In this document: positions 48,047 through 60,925 of the stretch, one piece after another
Layout: every line of letters starts with the position of its first letter
How positions within the stretch are numbered: position 1 is the first letter of the stretch
Assembly: GCA_965112155.1 (NCBI GenBank)
Contig: OZ218112.1
Length of the DNA: 64,000 nucleotides
DNA from: Podarcis liolepis
Taxonomy: Eukaryota
Reading direction: 5' to 3' (one strand)
Notes under the pieces: generated by a model
The model's database searches: none
Seen by the model: only the letters and a program-made list of their open reading frames with translations
Told to the model about the DNA's origin: nothing
Program-made: the position numbers and the translations under genes

Positions 48047-51000
48047 ACAATGGATCTGCCTTGCTCTGTGGCCTCCTCCACAAGACCAGACCAGGGCAAT
48101 GCAGGAGAAAAGAGCAAGTGAACCAAACACACTGGCTATCATATAATTCTGCCCTAAAGAAGCCATGAGAAAGATATAAGGAGGAGAAAGGAGACAGAGA
48201 AAGGAAGCTAGCTAGATAGCAAGAGGACCACAAAATTAGAAGAGGGATGAGAAGAAAATCTAGAGTATGCAAAATTACTAAATTGGGAGGGAGAAATAAA
48301 ATGAGTTGTAATAGCAGGATTCTCAGGAATCTATGTTTGTTTGCTTTCACCTTCGGGGGAAAGAAAACAATTATTTGATTAAGTTTAGCTATTACAATCT
48401 GATCTCTGTCTGTACATTTATTTGCGCACACAGTGCAGTTTTGTATTTGAGCAGCCTGGTAGGCATGTATAATATGCATGCAATGTGGGTACGAGTCAGG
48501 GATAAAGGCTAACTGAGGAGGGGGGCAGAGAGAGAAAGAGACTGTGAATCAGACGACAATTAAGGTTCAGCTAATGTTTGCATCCAAATGCCAGGACTAT
48601 GGAATGAAAAATCACATGATGCAGCAGTGCCTGGTGGGGCAAGGGGAAGAGACCACCTGAGAATTCCACTTACTTGGCCCTTGAGTTTCTTGATGGAAGA
48701 AAGGTGTTTGTGGTGTGTGTGTGTGTGTGTATGAGAGAGAGAAAGGGAAAAAATGATTTAATGCATGTTCTGGGAGAACTCTTATTTAAATAACCAGGAA
48801 TTCAGCAGCATGAAAGCTCAGGTTGCAAAAGCCCTATCCTGGCCTTTTAATTCCTAACGTAATGTGGGAAAGTGGACTCAAGTCTAACAGCTCCCCCCCC
48901 CCCATCTTCCATTACCATCTCCATCACCCTCCAAGAATTGGAGGAATTGTTCCTGAAGCAGGGCACCCTTTCTACATGCATAAGATCCTTACAAGATCTA
49001 AAGCTCTGATCTTCTGCATTTCTCAAATATGCAGGGAGCCTACACAACTCCTGCAACATCTTTGCCTCCAACAAAGGGTTAACTCCTAGGGTTGTGGGGA
49101 GTAACCAAACTTGGATTCAGCTGAGAGGGATGGATTTATGAGAATGGTGACGCTCCGGACACTCATTCCTGGTCGCTCATTCTCAGATAGCAGGCAGATT
49201 TACAGCACCTGCTTATCTGGTTGGCAACCCTTCAAAGCCATTCTAAGACTTCAGCAATTAGAGCAATCATCCAGCTGTGCCACAGAGAGAGACACACACC
49301 TCCCTTTTTATCATTTCCTGCTCTGGGCCATGGGAAGTTACATCTAAGGAGTCTCAGAATTGGCTGACTTGGACAAAGATGTCCAGCTGTATAAAACCCA
49401 TTTGCATCAATCAATCAAGGTCCCCGGCTAAATCCTAACTAGCATTCTGCTTCCCTTGCCTGATACTTACAGCTGGACTTGAACTCTGCAGCCATTTCTC
49501 ATGGGGCAGTGGGGAGAGAATGATGGTGAAGTATTAGGGTTAGTTAAAATAGATTGTTTTATTGTACCTGCTCTTCCCCATCAAGATGTCTAGAGCTTGC
49601 AATCTTTTATGTAACTCTTTTATTCTATTGAGCAACAAGATCTTTCTGTAGCTGCTATTTCTGTTCTTTAAAAAAAATATTTGGGTTTATAGATAAAAAT
49701 ACAAAACTTAATATCAAATATATTTTCCTCCTGTTTTTTGGTCCAAACTAAGCCTATTTCAAACCTTTAAATAAATATGTATTCTTTAACTGCTGGTTTG
49801 GTCATGGTGTGACTTGCCATGATCTGAATCTAGTGTCTGGGCCTAAACTCAGGCTATTGCACAAGTTAGTTGACGTTCATGGTGTTGAAGAGTGAACTTC
49901 TGGCTCATGCCCAAGAATCTCCTAATAATTGGATCTATTGATTGGGCTTCCCTCAGACTTAAACTGGAGAAGATGGGCAGCAGCTTTCAAACAGGGAAAA
50001 CTGGAAAGGGATGTCACTAGCATCCTAGTCTGACAACCATGGATCTAAAGATCTGCAGAGGATGGGTGGGCCAGAATGTTGAAACAAGGCTATTATACTT
50101 GCAAGGAATGAAAGAAAGCACAGCAGAGGTAACTAACATGGCGTCCTCCGATTCCCACCATCTTTGGCCATTGCCCATGCTGGCTGGGGCTGATGGGAGT
50201 TGGAGTCCACATTAGCTACCTCTGCTAGAGAGCAAGTTCCAGTAAAACTGTGGCAGTTTTTGGTCAAGATCCTGGAAACCTTAGTAGTTGAAGTTCTGGA
50301 TATATATAACAATCTGTGAAATTCAGGAACAAATTATAAGCCTTAGTGTAACTTCATTAAGCAAGATAAACTCGCTTTGGTGATCATGTGTTAAAGGAGT
50401 TTCTGCCTCTGAATGCCTTAACGAGAACATAAAAGGCATCTGCAATTTCCACTGCATTCTATCTCAAAGTCAACTCAGCAAATGTCACTATGCTAACACT
50501 GTTTCTCTTTATTGGGTGTGTTATTTAATAATGACAGCAAAACGCTTCTTCGTTCCAACTTTACAGAATATAAGAGCACACAGTTGCAGAGCTACAATGG
50601 ATTAATTTGCACAACTATTGCTTTTTTGTTGTTATCTGACACATATTCAGAGTTGATTTTACTAACTGATTTAACTGACTTAAAGGGGACTTGCTTGTCA
50701 GATGTATAAAAGGGGCTTAAAAACACAAAGCATTGCTTTCTAAAAGACATACACACAGAGAAAGCTTGGTGCTGTTAAATGAGTACATTCCAGACCTGCA
50801 AGCACCTGGTGCAGACACCTGCTGCTGCAAAGGACAGACCAAAACAAGTGCAGGTGGGTTGACCAAACAATGGAACGCCACACAAAGAACCCATACAGTT
50901 CAGTATCTCTTTTCTAGTGGGTACTGATTAATCCAGTTTACTACTGGTGTGAAGGGTGGGAGGGGCTTGCAGTTAGGGAAAGCCCAAATTGTATATACAC

Positions 51001-51669
51001 TATATGCATCAACCATTTTCCATTTTCTTCCAATGGAAAAAAATCTCGATGAACAGTGATGAAGGCTTGGAAAATGGGCGCACATGAACAGAAGATTTTG
51101 CTCACTGAAGCAAACACGCAGATCCTCCAAATGATGGAGAAAGCATATAAGTAAGCAATATCAAATGGGCAATGTGCACACTGACCAGCAAATGAACCTA
51201 TTTTCCCCTTGGGGACTATCCACATTTCCTGGTCAGTGTGTGAAACTGATGCTGAGGCTATGCAGATGAGTCAGGCACCATCCAAAGCATCAAGTCACAT
51301 CCTTCATCATCCATAATGACTAGGCAATATTCAGAATCCTTTGTCAATGGTGCTATTTTGTACTTATTAGGTATTAGGGCATGTCATTTTAGGGGGTGTA
51401 ACTTAATTTCTGCAATTTTTTTCAGTGGTGGGTCTTAAAAATTGGTTTTTGGGGTGTGAGGAATTCAAATCTGCTATCGTGCGCTGTTTTGTGATTGGAC
51501 AACATTTAGCTTGGTAAGTCTATATTTGATGAAGAAGCACATAAACTGCTTTTGGAAAATCAAACAATTTTAATTTCTGAAAATGTCAGGTAATGCTTAA
51601 TAATAATGATGATGATTATGATGATGATAAAAAAGCTGCAAGTACTTGGCAATAGTTTTTAACAATTTA

Positions 51670-52174
51670 CTGTACTTTTCCGTGTATAACACACTCCTTT
51701 GTGTAAGACGCCTACTTGGCGGGACTCCAATTTCAGAAAATGGCCCAAAGGATAGGAGTTGTTGAGCTTTTGGGGGGAGAATTGCCCAGAGTTATTGAGC
51801 TTTTTTTGGGGGGGTGCAGCAGATCACTAACCTGATGGTTGCAATTGCTCGTCCCGCTCGTTAACGATTGCTCGCATCTGCTACAAGCGTCTACCCGATC
51901 GCCAACAGTGGAAGTCTACAGCAAGCACAATTGCCGCAGCGGCAGCCAATCCTCAGCAGCCCTTGACACACCCATTTCCCACAGCCAATGCAAAGAAATT
52001 CTTGCTGCAGTCACCAATCACACTACAAATCGCCAATGACAGTCTGCAGCTCATGGCTGCAACCAATCACCCATCACCCATAGCCACTACCTGTGTTTAA
52101 GATACCCCAGGTTTTTAAACCTCCTTTTTCAGTAAAAAAAAAAACCACCTAGTCTTATACACAGAAAAGTATGG
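51670..52174. mobile_element. Tc1/mariner-superfamily (Tc2/pogo-like) non-autonomous element
   Basis: TA|CTGTACTTTTCCGTGTATAACAC ... GTCTTATACACAGAAAAGTATGG|TA. Confidence 0.85.
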
Positions 52175-54564
52175 TATATGCAATTTCACATACATTTTAC
52201 TTACCAAGCAAAACTAAATTAATTTAACCATTTTTTTTCAATTGCCAAGCCATACTACAACTTTTTAGCAGCCTTCACACCCTAATTAGACATGCCTTCA
52301 TGAAAACCTGCACAATCATTAGCAATCATACACATTTCACCAGGCAGCCTACATGCATTAGGGCACTGGGGATCTAGATTCTCAAAATAATAGCTTTATT
52401 CTTAGCTACTAAGAGTGTAACAGGGCAGTGGTCTTCTACTTCCTCTGTTCAAAACTGCCAGCACTATTAAAATTCAACACCACACCACTGAACACAGCAT
52501 GGCATGTGAGGCTGTGGAGTGAGGAATGATGTATGGCCATGGACTACTGGAATAAAACACTGGGTAATTGCATGAATCCATAAATGGTTTGAAAGTTCTC
52601 TAATGCAACTCAGCCCAACTAACCCTTTAGATCATTTCACACAGACCACTGGCTTTGACCCTAGAAGTCTTTGGTGACCGTTATGAATGCATGAGCTGCA
52701 TGAACAGCTAGATAGTATAAGACAGCTTTCTGTGCTCCTGAGTCGGATAATTCATCCATCTTGCTCAACAGTGTTGACACCAACAGGAGCAGTTCTTCAG
52801 GATTTCTGGCAGGAGCCAACCCTATCCTTACCAGGAGATGTTGGGAATTAAACCTGAAGCTTTCTGTACATGAAGCAAGTGTTCTACCACTGAGCTACAG
52901 CCCTTCCCCACCAAAAGAAACTCTGTGCTAGGTGCCAAAGGGAACTTTTGCTGTTTGAGACAGAGGGTATGTCCTGCCAGTCACCCAAGGTTGTTGTGGG
53001 GATTAAATGAGAAGGGGAAATAACAATGTATACTACCATGAGCTCCTTGGAGAAAAAGGTGGCATATAAATGCAATCAAATATATAATAAATGTTGTTGT
53101 TGCTGTGTTGTTGTTTTAAAAAAACAGGCTGCACCTTTTGCAATTATTGTGACAGAGCCTGAAATAATTTTCTCAGGTGATTAGTATATACAGAGTTAAA
53201 TTTTCCCATCAAACCTGATTTAATTCAAGTTTAAAAAGGAGTTAGCAGGCAGCTTGTGTGTGTGAATAATTTGAAAAATGCTTAGATTCTTTGTAACCCA
53301 AAATTAAGCAGGTGGTGCCGTACTCCTTAATGGAGAGGGGAGGAGTAGATGTAAAAACGAAAGGGTTGAACTATGCCTGGTTTTATGTCTGGAGAAGGGG
53401 CAAATGTGAAGGAAGAACACAGAGATCTACAGAACAGAAGAAACTATTGGATTTGGAATGTTATTGCAGTGGCCGAATCCCCCCCCCCCCTAGATTATGC
53501 AAATCTAATAAGAGTGACATTGCTCCAGCTGAACTCACAAAATGTACCCTGCATGGGTCTTGGGTGCACTATGCTTTCAAACCAAAGGCCTTTTAATGTC
53601 TACATTTCTGTTTCTTTCACCCTCCATTCTCCACCTTCATTTTTAGTATAAATATTCTTTTTCCACCCCCATCAATTTCTTGATTTACATAAACACAAAA
53701 TAAAAAAATAAAAATGATACAAGAGTACTGCAGAAATCAAGAGCAATTGTCTTTCTATCATCAATCACCGCCATTTCTTCTGTCTCTAACACTAAATTGG
53801 ATTTTATATCACAGGGCTGGATAACCTTATGCCCCCCCCCCATCTAGTCCAGTATCCTGTTCTCACAATGGCCAACCAGATTCCTCTGTGAATCCTTTAT
53901 TACAGCTCTGGGATAACAGAGTTAGGGGGTGCTCGAATCAGGAAATTAATGAATGGTAGAATTTAATATTTGGAGTATGGGAGAGAAGGTGCCAGGCCAG
54001 GTATAGAAGTTGGTAAGAATGACTAAAGGTTCTGGAAGCAAGTCATTAATACATCAATGGAAACCATAATAGTGACAAGAAGTACTCTGCTGGTGAGAGG
54101 GAGGTTACAGGAAGCAAGATGTCACACAGGAAAAATGTGCCCTTTTGAAAAACAGGCATCTGCATAAGGGGAGCAAGCAGACAGAGAGGGAGGAATTGCT
54201 TGGAAGAAGGGTTCTTGGGAAACAGAAAGGAAGTAGGAAGAACACCATGCACTGCTGTGAAGGCGGAACCAGGGGTGTAAGAAGGGGGGCAGGCTGCCCC
54301 AGGTTCCATGATGGAGGGGGTGACAAATTATCAAGAAGCAATTACTGCCCTACTAGGGCAGTTCATAAAAAACTTTTTTTTAAAAATGCCTCCTCTAAAG
54401 GTCTCCAACCAGGGCAGAAAGTAGGCTTTATTTCACCCGTGTAACAGACCCCCCTCCCCATGCACATTTGCGTACACACAGAGAGACTAGAAGCCTCAAT
54501 AGTAGCCCTCTGGAGGCTTCACCTAGGGCAAAAATCCTGGCTAGCCCCCCCCCCCCCCAGCTTC

Positions 54565-55297
54565 AATGTGAACCATTCACAGTGGGATCAGATGTTAAAC
54601 AGGGTTGTATTTTTGCCCCAACTCTATTTATTACTTTCTCTATTTATTATGATTCTACACTTTGTCGAATGGAAACTCCCCCCACCCAGTAGAAATTATA
54701 TATCGAACAGATGGAAAGCTCCTTAATCTGAACAGGCTGAAAGAAAAGAGTAAGGTTACCATAACTTCTGTCATAGAGCTTCAGTATGCTGATGACAACG
54801 TAGTGTGTGCACGCTCAGAGGATGACCTCCAAACCATCCTAAATAGCTTCACAGAAGCTTACAAAAAGCTTGGTCTATCACTCAACATCCAAAAAACCAA
54901 AGTGCTGCACCAACAAGCATAAAACAATTGCTCTGCAGTGACACAAATCCAACTCAATGGTGTAATGTTGGAAAGTGCTGATCACTTCTCCTACCTGGGT
55001 AGCTATCTTTCCACAAGGGCCGACGTTGCTGCTGAAATCCAGCATTGCCTGAGCTCTGAGAGTGCAACTTTCTCCTGATTGAAGTGTTTGAGGACCGGGA
55101 CATTCGCAGGGAAACCAAAATGCTTGTTTACAAAGCTATTGTACTACCAACCTTACTGTATGCTTGTGAAACATGGACCACTTATAAACGCCATCTCCAA
55201 CTCCTTGAAAGATTCAATCAACAGTGTCTCCAAAAATTTTTACATATCACTTGGGAAGACAGGCAAACTAATGCCAGTGTACTGGAAGAAGCAAAGA
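54565..55297 (+). mobile_element. RTE-clade LINE reverse transcriptase fragment (degenerate)
   Basis: EPFTVGSDVKQGCIFAPTLF, IELQYADDN (YADD), GLSLNIQKTKV, FSYLGS, TKMLVYKAIVLPTLLYACETW; frameshifts and stops present. Confidence 0.92.
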
Positions 55298-55409
55298 TCA
55301 TTTTGTTGCGGGTCCCTGCTATTCTTAAATTCCCAAATATATCTATAATAAAATTTCCAAAAAAATAATAAACATGTACCAAATACTTTCAGAGTTCCCC
55401 AGCTATTAA

Positions 55410-55490
55410 GGTTGTCCTGAAAGATGACTATAAAACTTCAACTGGTTCATAATGCAGCAGCCAGGTTGCTGATTGGGGTTCCATTATGGG
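55410..55490 (+). mobile_element. L2 LINE fragment
   Basis: KLQLVHNAAARLL motif of L2 ORF2. Confidence 0.7.
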
Positions 55491-56199
55491 TGCCCTGGCG
55501 CCACCAAATTCTGTTACCCCATATCTGTAACATTATGGCAAAAAGAGGAAGGAGCAATATTGTGCTGTTGGGCCATAGCTGGAACGATCCTGCATTTATT
55601 TCCCTCTGCCATGATGAAATCATGACATGTAGAGTGTTAATTGCAACATCTAATAAGGTAGATTAGGACTGTCAGTCAACATAGTTTTGTTTGGTTGTTG
55701 GTTGCAATCTTCGTTAGTTTTCTTCTTTGTTGTAAAATAATCAATTCAGTTCTGCTTTTAAGATATATTTAGAACAGGTATTTTGAGAGAACTTAAAAGA
55801 TTTCTGTAAAATATGAAGATGCATTTCTTTGTGCAAATGAGAATAATTTGCTACATAGACTTTCTCCCATTGTCTATTTGCCTGCAATTTCCACCTCAAT
55901 TACTCTCTTTTTTCCTGTGTCTCTACCCTTTTGTTTAGTCTTACATTTGGCATTTCTTTAATTTATATTTAGAGTTACCCGACACCTTTACATTAAAATC
56001 CGCAATTCACATAATGCATGTTTCTCTGAGAGAAAGGATGCCTTAACGCTAATAACTGCAGATAGGACAGAAGGAGACAATAATCCTTGCTCCACCCTCC
56101 CCACATAGGTTCTGGAAAAGGGATTTCTAAACTATTGACAAGAGAGTCTTTTGAGGCATAGTGATACTGGTGGTCCCCAATTCTTACCATTCTAGGATG

Positions 56200-56455
56200 T
56201 GGGAGTGGATTTTTTTACAAAGCCTCCTTAGATGACCTGGTCAGTATGGGAACGGCCACTCCTATGCCCCAGCTATCCCCAAGCTTTTGATATTGTAGAT
56301 ACCATATCAAGAGCGAGGCTGTTCTGTATGACAGACCTTTAGTTCGGTGGCATCTGTCCTCTAGAACTTCTTCCTACTACATATCAGACAGGTGCCATCT
56401 CCATTATTTCGTTGGTGCCTGCTGGAGGTCTTAGTTTTCCAACAAGCCTTTCCAA
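56200..56455 (+). mobile_element. Highly decayed, internally deleted L2 fragment
   Basis: CTATCCCCAAGCTTTTGATATTGTAGA resembles LS.AFD.VD, joined to a decayed RAFS..AP.LWN.LP-like 3' segment. Confidence 0.45.
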
Positions 56456-56469
56456 GTGCATATCTACAT

Positions 56470-56486
56470 GTCTGTCTGTCTGTCTA

Positions 56487-56534
<48 letters not shown>

Positions 56535-56540
56535 ATCTAT
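56470..56540. repeat. (TCTG)n(TCTA)n microsatellite
   Basis: Direct reading. Confidence 0.95.
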
Positions 56541-57999
56541 CCCAGTCTGGATTTAAACTTGTTTTTAAATCTGCTTTTTGTTGGTGGTGTTTTTCTTGTT
56601 AAATCATTTTGGAAATTATTCATAAATTAAGTGAAATATATACATAAAGGGCAAAGCCATTTAAAGGAAGAGGAAACTTTTGGGCACCTGACAAGAGTGG
56701 CACAGGGATGCCAGAAGTGGGGGTAGGGCAAGGGGGGAGGGGCTGAGCAAAATCAACATTCTGCTTCACTGTCAGAGCAAGATTGGTTTCTCTTTCTTCA
56801 TATTTGGCTCCCTCTTACAAAAGAAAAGAGGGGGTGCTTCATGCAACCTTCCATTTATTCCACCCTGCTCTCCTTAGAACTGCACCAGCTGTTCTGTTTT
56901 ATTCCCCAGGCAGGCCAATCTGCCCATTTTACTTAGCTTTTTAACAAAGCAGGGCGGGGGGATGGGGGACACAAAACAGAAACAATAATATGGTCAAAGA
57001 CAGCATCCCACATGCACACGCTTCCTTTATAAATCTTATTTTTTTGGCCATAGTAAGGAATTGAGAAATCCCATCTGTTTTGGTGTGTCGTACCTGTTAG
57101 GCGGTTCTACCTAAGTCCACACCTGGCCCAAATATATATTCCTGGAGAACCAAACCCATCTCTCTCTGTAGAATTCTCCCCCACCCTTTCCTTTGTATCC
57201 CTCATAATTCCTGCCCAGAATACAACACATGGATTGCCTCAGCCAAGAGTCTGCCAATTCTGAGGGAAGGGAGACTTGGTTTTCAATCTACTTCGCTAAA
57301 TTTTCGACTAATTGCTTTTTAGCACACTTCCTCTGCCAGTATCTTCACAGCTTAACATGGTCATTCCTCTGGGAGTCTCCCCCCCCCCGAAAGAAAGTAA
57401 AATCTAAATACATTCCTGTGATGTAATTGCTATTGGCCTTTGTAACAGATACTTCCTCCCCCACCAACAACTGCTTTAATCAAAGTTTTAAGATTAATGA
57501 AAATCAGGAGGATAAATTGAGATTCTATAAACAGTTTAAGAAGCCAGAGAACTGGGCATGGTATAACCCATAAATAGTGTAGCTAGAAAACCCATTGTTC
57601 TAGGACAGTTCTCACTGTATTTTTCTCTAAGAACATCAGATCTGGAAGGCACCCAAATGGTGCTTTGTGGTGGGTGGACACGTCCATATGGAAGTATGGT
57701 GGACATATAAATGAACCACAATGGGAAACAACTGGGTGTGACTGAAACACCATGTCCCTCCCCCCTCAAAAAGAGCAGGTATGCTGGTGGCAATGGGTGC
57801 AGTTTACTAGCTTTAGCTGGCACAGCAATGATGTGATGTCGTTCTTCCTGACAAAGGGCAGACCTTTCCACGATCATTCCAAACCCTAAAAATGCAGTGG
57901 TGTTGCACATCCCAAGTTCTCACATCCAGGAGATGGGAAAGTGGCCTGCCCTGGATGGGTGCAGTGCTTCATCCTTCCTACACCAACATATTCGCTCAC

Positions 58000-58037
58000 C
58001 TCCATGCAAGTCAAGTTTGCCTATGGTTACCAGGCTA
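58000..58037 (-). other. Candidate 38-nt exon of a minus-strand transcript
   Basis: Branch point and acceptor cctaacttgtttttcttcag|T; donor ATGGAG|gtgagc. Confidence 0.5.
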
Positions 58038-58390
58038 CTGAAGAAAAACAAGTTAGGCTTAAACAGAGAATAACGCACCACTTCTCAATATGCATATTAT
58101 GAGCAAAACAAAACAAAAAAACAACACAGTTGTGTCACACTCCGCAAGTGACAGGACACGTAAACTTTATATTTTCCCTTGAGAACATTCAGCAAGCGTC
58201 ATGGTTCCTTTCTAGAATCACCTGGGATCTTCAGAAGCACACATTTCAGACATCAGCTATCCTTGTTTAACCCCCAAGTCAATTGGGTATCATAAAAGGG
58301 ATTCCAAGTTCTCCAGAAGCTTTCTGCACAAACATCTTTTCATTTTGGCAAATCCAGCTTTGCCCCCAGCATCTCAATCTCATGACTCAC

Positions 58391-58720
58391 CCAGAAATTT
58401 CAATCAAGTAGAACTGGGAAAGTCAACAACCAAAATTTCAGTGTTGTGTGACGTGTCCCATGTGTTATCCATTAAAGGCACTTTATAGAGTGTTTCTCTG
58501 GAAACCCCAGTTCTCTCCTCTCTGGAGGAAACTAAGGTCTCCAGAGGAAAACCTTGATGCAGAGTTTGCAACAGCGTGGAGATGAGTTGCAATTGTGGAA
58601 CACTTTGGAGATTTTGTGAAGAGTTGCAGGATCTTGCAAGCCACTGAACTCAGGACTTGGCATGTGGAGCCAAGCCCAGACAGGAATTTGTATAAGCTCA
58701 GAGGTGACTACTTGCAACAT
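58391..58720 (-). other. Candidate 330-nt non-coding exon of a minus-strand transcript
   Basis: cactaac branch point then ctctttatacttacactatttacag|A; donor CTGG|gtgagt. Confidence 0.5.
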
Positions 58721-59204
58721 CTGTAAATAGTGTAAGTATAAAGAGTATATGTTAGTGTTGGCCTAGTAAAGATAACTGCTACACACCGGTTTCCCGAGGT
58801 GAGCTTAACCATTTTATTCAGCTTCTGTGGTGCACACACACAACTCAAAACAAAAAATATAATACTGAGTAACTGGTCTGGGGAACTGAGGCAAATACAG
58901 CAACAGTTAAATGATTAAGCGCCCATCTCTGAGCAGGCTCTAAGTTCCCTTGCACGTCATCTCTACCCCCCCCATTTCCTTTAGCCCAAATTTCAGCAGA
59001 GGGTCACCCCAAAACAGGGGGACAGATTAGTGCTGTCCTCTTAAACTTGCTCTCATAAGTTTTAGAAACGGTTTTATGAGCCAAACTACCTATGGGTGGT
59101 CTTCTTGCATGCTTGAAAAGCCACTTCAAGAGGACAGGACTGAGAACAGTGGGTGGGAAATGGGTAACTGGCCACATTTCTACCATCTAAAGTCACCCCT
59201 ATCT

Positions 59205-59395
59205 ACATAAGAACACAGCAAGGTGCCTTATATTAAGTCAGACTCTGGTCCATCTAGCTGAGTATCACCTGCAATGACTGGCAGTGGCTCTCCAGGGTTT
59301 CAGGACAGGAGCATTTCCATCTCTACCTGGATATGATGGGGATGGAACCTGGGATTTTCTGCATGTGAAACAGATGCTCTGAGCTACAATGCTTC
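59205..59395 (-). mobile_element. tRNA-headed SINE with CR1-like tail
   Basis: ACATAAGAAC tail; GGGATGGAACCTGGGA..TTCTGCATG..AA.CAGATGCTCT reversed tRNA-like head. Confidence 0.65.
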
Positions 59396-59469
59396 TAGGG
59401 CCAAAATAGTCGCTTTTTGAAGATGAAAAGGTATGCCAAGCAACAGTCACAGGTGCTTCGCCGTTTGCT

Positions 59470-59680
59470 TTCTATTGCACTTCTATCCCACCCTTTCCTC
59501 CAAGGAGTACACCTTGGAGTACATGTTTCTCCTCTCCATATTATCCCCACAAGAACCCTGTGAGGTAGTTTAGATTGAGAGGTGGTGACCAGCCCAAAGA
59601 CACCCAATGAGCTCATGGCTAAGTGGGGATTTGAACCCCAATCTCCCAGTACTCTAACCCAGCACTCCCACCACAATGGC
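59470..59680 (-). mobile_element. CORE/MIR-like SINE
   Basis: AACCCTGTGAGGTAG.TTAG...GAGAG..GGTGAC..GCCCAA.G.CACCCA.TGAGCT.CATGGCT..GTGGGGATTTGAACCC. Confidence 0.75.
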
Positions 59681-60438
59681 TCCCATGCAGTGTTCACATG
59701 TAATGTGTAGTCTGACCCAATGCCAGCATAACTGTCAGCTTGACACAGATAGGAAAAGACCCAGACAACCAGTCACAGATCTAATTTCCTTAGATCTACT
59801 GGAGACCTATTCCAAAAATACACATTTTTAACTGAATCATAAAACACTGCTTGCAGGAGCAGAGCAAAGTGACTGTGATTCTCCCAAAACAATTGTAATC
59901 TTCAGATTTAACTGTCAAGGCACAGGAGCTGCAGGTATCAATGCTCGAGAGAGACAGCGCAAAGAGGGCAATTATTATTCCCTGCTCTCCTATTTGAGTG
60001 CACTGGCTCCCAAGTACGCCAAGGTCAGGAGAGAGATGTGGCAAAAAGGTTTTCCTTTTCATTAGGGAGAGGCAGGAATACCTCACATTGTAACAGCAAA
60101 AGGTCGTCACAGTAAAAAGACTGGCAAAGCAAAGATGAATGCAGCAGCTGAAGATCAGAAAAGAGCTGAATGAAATTACAATAAGTGAAATCAACATGCA
60201 TCTCTCTTAACCAAATTATCTCTTCATTCCTAGAGTCCCACTGAGCATCTCATAGATATTTCAATTCACATCCTCTCTTCATTAGCAAATATTAACTGCC
60301 TGAGGGTGTCAAGAGTTAAAAGAGTATATACTGCATTTCTATTTCCTCCTTTCTTCCAAAGGGCTTAGGGCAGTGTGACCACGGCTTTGTTCACCACTCC
60401 TTTTATCCTCACAAAAACCCTTGTAAGATAGGATAGTC

Positions 60439-60925
60439 CAGTGGTTCCCAAACTGGGTGGCACTGCCCCCAAGGGATGAAGGGGTGGTGGGATTATTGGG
60501 GGCTGCTAATAAGTAAGAGGGACACAGGTGGTGCTGTGGTCTAAACCACCGAGCCTCTTGGGCTTGGTAATCAGAAGGTAGGCAGTTCGAATCACCATGA
60601 AGGAGTGAGCTCTCGTTGCTCGGTCCCAGCTCCTGCCAATCTAGCAGTTTGAAAGCACAAAGTGCAAGCAGATACATAGGTACCGCTCTGCCGGGAAGGT
60701 AAACGGCGTTTCTGTGCACTGCTCCGGTTTCACCAGAAGCGGCTTAGTCATGCTGGCCACATGACCCAGAAAAACTGTCTGAGGACAAACGTTGGCTCCC
60801 TTAGCCAGTAAAGCAAGATGAGCGCCGCAACCCCAGAGTTGTCAGCAACTGGACTTAACTGTCAGGGGTCCTTTACCTTTTTATTAAGTAAGAAGGGCAG
60901 CAGGGGGAGCTGGAGGTGCAAATTA
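60439..60925 (+). mobile_element. Partial hAT-Charlie-like element interrupted by a Sauria SINE
   Basis: CAGTGGTTCCCAAACTGGG start; resumes after the SINE with GCAGGGGGAGCTGGAGGT, homologous to 47650-47668. Confidence 0.65.
60519..60880 (+). mobile_element. Full-length Sauria SINE
   Basis: GGGACACAGGTGGTGCTGTGG head, CCTTTACCTTT tail, TSD TA(A/T)TAAGTAAGA. Confidence 0.95.
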
